This document shows, piece by piece, positions 61,516-64,000 of a DNA stretch of 64,000 nucleotides. The notes beneath the pieces are model-generated. The model did not search any database. It was not told the DNA's origin and worked only from the letters and a program-made list of their open reading frames with translations. Source of the stretch: Microbacteriaceae bacterium (GTDB lineage: Bacteria; Actinomycetota; Actinomycetes; Actinomycetales; Microbacteriaceae); assembly GCA_025464995.1 (NCBI GenBank), contig JAODMO010000063.1:1712-65711 (forward strand), read 5' to 3'. Both the position numbers and the translations under genes were made by a program. Within the stretch, counting starts at the first letter, position 1. Each line of letters begins with the position of its first letter.

Positions 61516-62434
61516 AGCGGATCCTTGGGTCGAGCAGGCCGTACAGGAGGTCGACGACGAGGTTGACGACGAGGTAGAGGATCACCATGACCGTCACGAA
61601 CGACACGACGGTGGGCGCCTGGCCCCCGATGATCGCGCGGTACAGCGTGTTTCCGACGCCGGGCACGTTGAAGATTCCCTCGGTGATCGTCGCACCGACG
61701 AGCAGCACACCGAAGTCGGTGGCCAGATAGGTGACTACGGGGATGAGGGAGTTGCGCAGGATGTGGACGGGAATGATGCGGTTCTTCGAGAGGCCCTTGC
61801 TGTAGGCGGTGCGCACGAAGTCGAGCCCGGAGGTCTCGATGACCGAAGAACGCGTCAGGCGCACGATCTGGGCGAAGCTGACGCTGGCCAGCACGATCGC
61901 CGGGAGGATGAGGTCCTGGATCGGAGCGCCAGATCCCACCGTGGTCCGCGCCCACCCGAGCTGCACGCCGAAGACGTACTGGGCGACGAAGGCGATGACG
62001 AAGATCGGCAGCGAGATGAGCACGAGACTCACGACGAGGGCGCTCGAGTCGAAGAGCTTGCCCTTACGCAGTCCCGACACGAGTCCGACCGCGATACCCG
62101 CCACCGCCTGGAAGATGAGGGCGAGGATGGCGAGGCGAGCAGTCACGGGGAAGGTGCGGGCGAGGATCTCGCCGACCGGTTCGCCGTTGAAGGCCGTGCC
62201 GAAGTCGCCTCGGAAGATTCCACCGATGTACAGGAAGTACTGCACGATGAACGGCTGGTCGAGGTGGAACTGCGCCCGCAACTGGGCGACGACCGCCGGG
62301 TTGGGCGTCTTGTCTCCGAACATGGCGACGATGGGGTCGCCAGGCATGGCGAAGACCATGAAGTAGATGAGGAGCGTGGTTCCGAAGAAGACCGGAATCG
62401 CCTGAAGAACGCGCCTGATTATGTAACCGGTCAT
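61505..62434 (-). CDS. Peptide ABC transporter permease (DppB-type)
   Basis: YIIRR, PGDP, RTAYSKGL, HILRNS and LDPRIR. Confidence 0.94.
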   Translation of the reverse strand: MTGYIIRRVLQAIPVFFGTTLLIYFMVFAMPGDPIVAMFGDKTPNPAVVAQLRAQFHLDQPFIVQYFLYIGGIFRGDFGTAFNGEPVGEILARTFPVTARLAILALIFQAVAGIAVGLVSGLRKGKLFDSSALVVSLVLISLPIFVIAFVAQYVFGVQLGWARTTVGSGAPIQDLILPAIVLASVSFAQIVRLTRSSVIETSGLDFVRTAYSKGLSKNRIIPVHILRNSLIPVVTYLATDFGVLLVGATITEGIFNVPGVGNTLYRAIIGGQAPTVVSFVTVMVILYLVVNLVVDLLYGLLDPRIRYVK

Positions 62435-62547
62435 CAGGCGACGGCGCCTGCCGGAGAGGTGCTTCTGTGCATAAGAACGGTGAAACCTAACTGCGAGCGA
62501 ACCACGAGCGGTGTCCCCAGAGTACTCGCGTGGTACGCCAGCCATGG

Positions 62548-62582
62548 GTCGGGGGTGGCGGCTTGTGGCCGCCACCCCCGAC
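62548..62582 (-). terminator. Intercistronic hairpin after the substrate-binding protein gene
   Basis: GTCGGGGGTGGCGGC...GCCGCCACCCCCGAC, a 15-bp stem. Confidence 0.75.
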
Positions 62583-62597
62583 TGGGTTATGGGTTAG

Positions 62598-64000
62598 CTA
62601 CTTCTTGGTGATTTCGTAGTACAACGGAACGGAGTTCCAGCCGAACTCGACATTGGAGACGGACTCGCCGTATCCACCCGTCACGTTCGAGTACCACAGC
62701 GGGATCGCCGGGAGGTCCTTGAGCAGGATCTCCTGTGCCTTCTGGAAGTCGGCGTTCGCCTTGTCGACGTCGGTTTCCGCGGCACCGCTCTGGAGGACCT
62801 TGTCGAACTCCTTGCTCGAGTAGTCACCATCGTTGGAACCGGCGTTGGTCGCGTAGATCGGGCCGAGGAAGTTGAACAGGCCCGGGTAGTCGGCCTGCCA
62901 TCCGGTGCGGAACGCGGTCTCGATCGTGCGGTCGGTGATGAGCGTACGAACTTCCTTGAACGTCGGATACGGGGCGCCGGCGGCGTCGATTCCGAGAGTG
63001 TTCTTGATGCTGTTGCTCACGGCGTCGACCCAGCCCTGGTGGCCACCATCGGCGTTGTAGGCGATCGAGAAGGTTCCGCTCCAGGGCGAGATCTTGTCGG
63101 CCTCGGCCCACAGCTTCTTGGCCTGCTTCTCGTTGAAGTCGAGCACGTCTGCGCCCTCGAGCTTGTCGGAGTAGCCCGCGATGACCGGAGACGTGAAGTC
63201 GGTCGCCGGGGTGCGGGTGCCCTCGAAGATGACGCTGGTGATCTCGTCGCGGTTGATGGCCATGGAGATGGCCTGGCGACGCAACTGTCCTTCTTCGCCA
63301 CCGAAGTGGGCGAGACGGTCCGGGATGGTGAACGACTGGAAGATCGCCGCCGCCTGATTCACGGCACGGTCGCCGAGGTCGGACTCGAAGGTCGAGTACG
63401 CGCTGTCCGGGATCGCGTCGAGGACGTCGAGGTTGTTGGCGAGGAGGTCGGAGTACGCGGCACCCTGGTCGAGGTAGAAGACGATGGAGAGTCCACCGTT
63501 CTTCGGCTTGCGGCCGCCCTCGTAGTCGGGGTTCACGACGAGGTCGATCTTCTCTTCGTGCTTCCAGGCACCCTCGCCGTCGAGCATGTACGGACCGTTT
63601 CCGATCGGGTTCTCACCGAAGGCCTCGAGGTCGTCCCACGCCGCTGCGGGCAGCGGGAAGTAGGCCGAGTAGCCGAGGCGCAGAGGGAAGTCGGAACGGG
63701 GCTCCTTGAGAGTCACGGTGAACGTCGTCGCGTCGACCTCCTTGAGGCCGGTGAGCTCGCTGTCCTCCTCGTAGCTGAAGCCCTCGATGTCTTCGAAGAA
63801 GTAGCTGTTCAGCTGGGCGTTGGATAGCAGTGCGCCGTAGTTCCACGCCTTGATGAAGCTCTGCGAGTCGACCGGGTCACCGTTGGTGAACGTGAGGTCG
63901 GGCTTGATCTTGATCGTGAAGGTGGTTGCGTCGTCGGTCTCGATGGATTCGGCGACCTCGTTCACGGGCTTGCCGGTTGCGTCGTAGTAGACCAGCCCGG
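62598..64000 (-). CDS. Peptide ABC transporter substrate-binding protein, family 5 (5' end lies outside the window)
   Basis: PIGNGPY, RQAISMAINR and GWQADYP; frame is open to the window edge. Confidence 0.93.
   Translation of the reverse strand, partial: GLVYYDATGKPVNEVAESIETDDATTFTIKIKPDLTFTNGDPVDSQSFIKAWNYGALLSNAQLNSYFFEDIEGFSYEEDSELTGLKEVDATTFTVTLKEPRSDFPLRLGYSAYFPLPAAAWDDLEAFGENPIGNGPYMLDGEGAWKHEEKIDLVVNPDYEGGRKPKNGGLSIVFYLDQGAAYSDLLANNLDVLDAIPDSAYSTFESDLGDRAVNQAAAIFQSFTIPDRLAHFGGEEGQLRRQAISMAINRDEITSVIFEGTRTPATDFTSPVIAGYSDKLEGADVLDFNEKQAKKLWAEADKISPWSGTFSIAYNADGGHQGWVDAVSNSIKNTLGIDAAGAPYPTFKEVRTLITDRTIETAFRTGWQADYPGLFNFLGPIYATNAGSNDGDYSSKEFDKVLQSGAAETDVDKANADFQKAQEILLKDLPAIPLWYSNVTGGYGESVSNVEFGWNSVPLYYEITKK

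Overview
A high-GC (~70%) actinobacterial chromosomal segment. Gene content and order fit Microbacteriaceae/Micrococcales (inference). It is mostly conserved core genome: a PAS histidine kinase with a stand-alone receiver, a self-contained mannitol PTS operon with a divergent PRD regulator, initiator tRNA-Met, the UPF0182-ylbL-zincin-ThiF-like-uvrD2-nudC-APH-adnBA block, a DEAD-box helicase, pepP, mgtE-N/DUF1003/mrp, LysR-gabD, tatB, dapE/dapD/gltA/dapC/fdxA/mshB, an efeUOB iron-uptake operon with an IdeR/DtxR box, typA and a dpp/opp ABC operon. I found no IS element, integrase, phage gene or CRISPR array. The most notable items are: a 36-aa membrane peptide gene (missing from the ORF track) that faces a LysR gene and is followed by a long hairpin; an apparently enriched dispersed CGGATGC/GCATCCG motif; several enzyme folds with degenerate catalytic motifs around adnAB (APH pseudokinase, RExxH zincin, orphan ThiF-like protein, AdnA without Fe-S cysteines); and an MshB-membrane domain fusion. 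All calls come from reading motifs by eye; no database searches were run.
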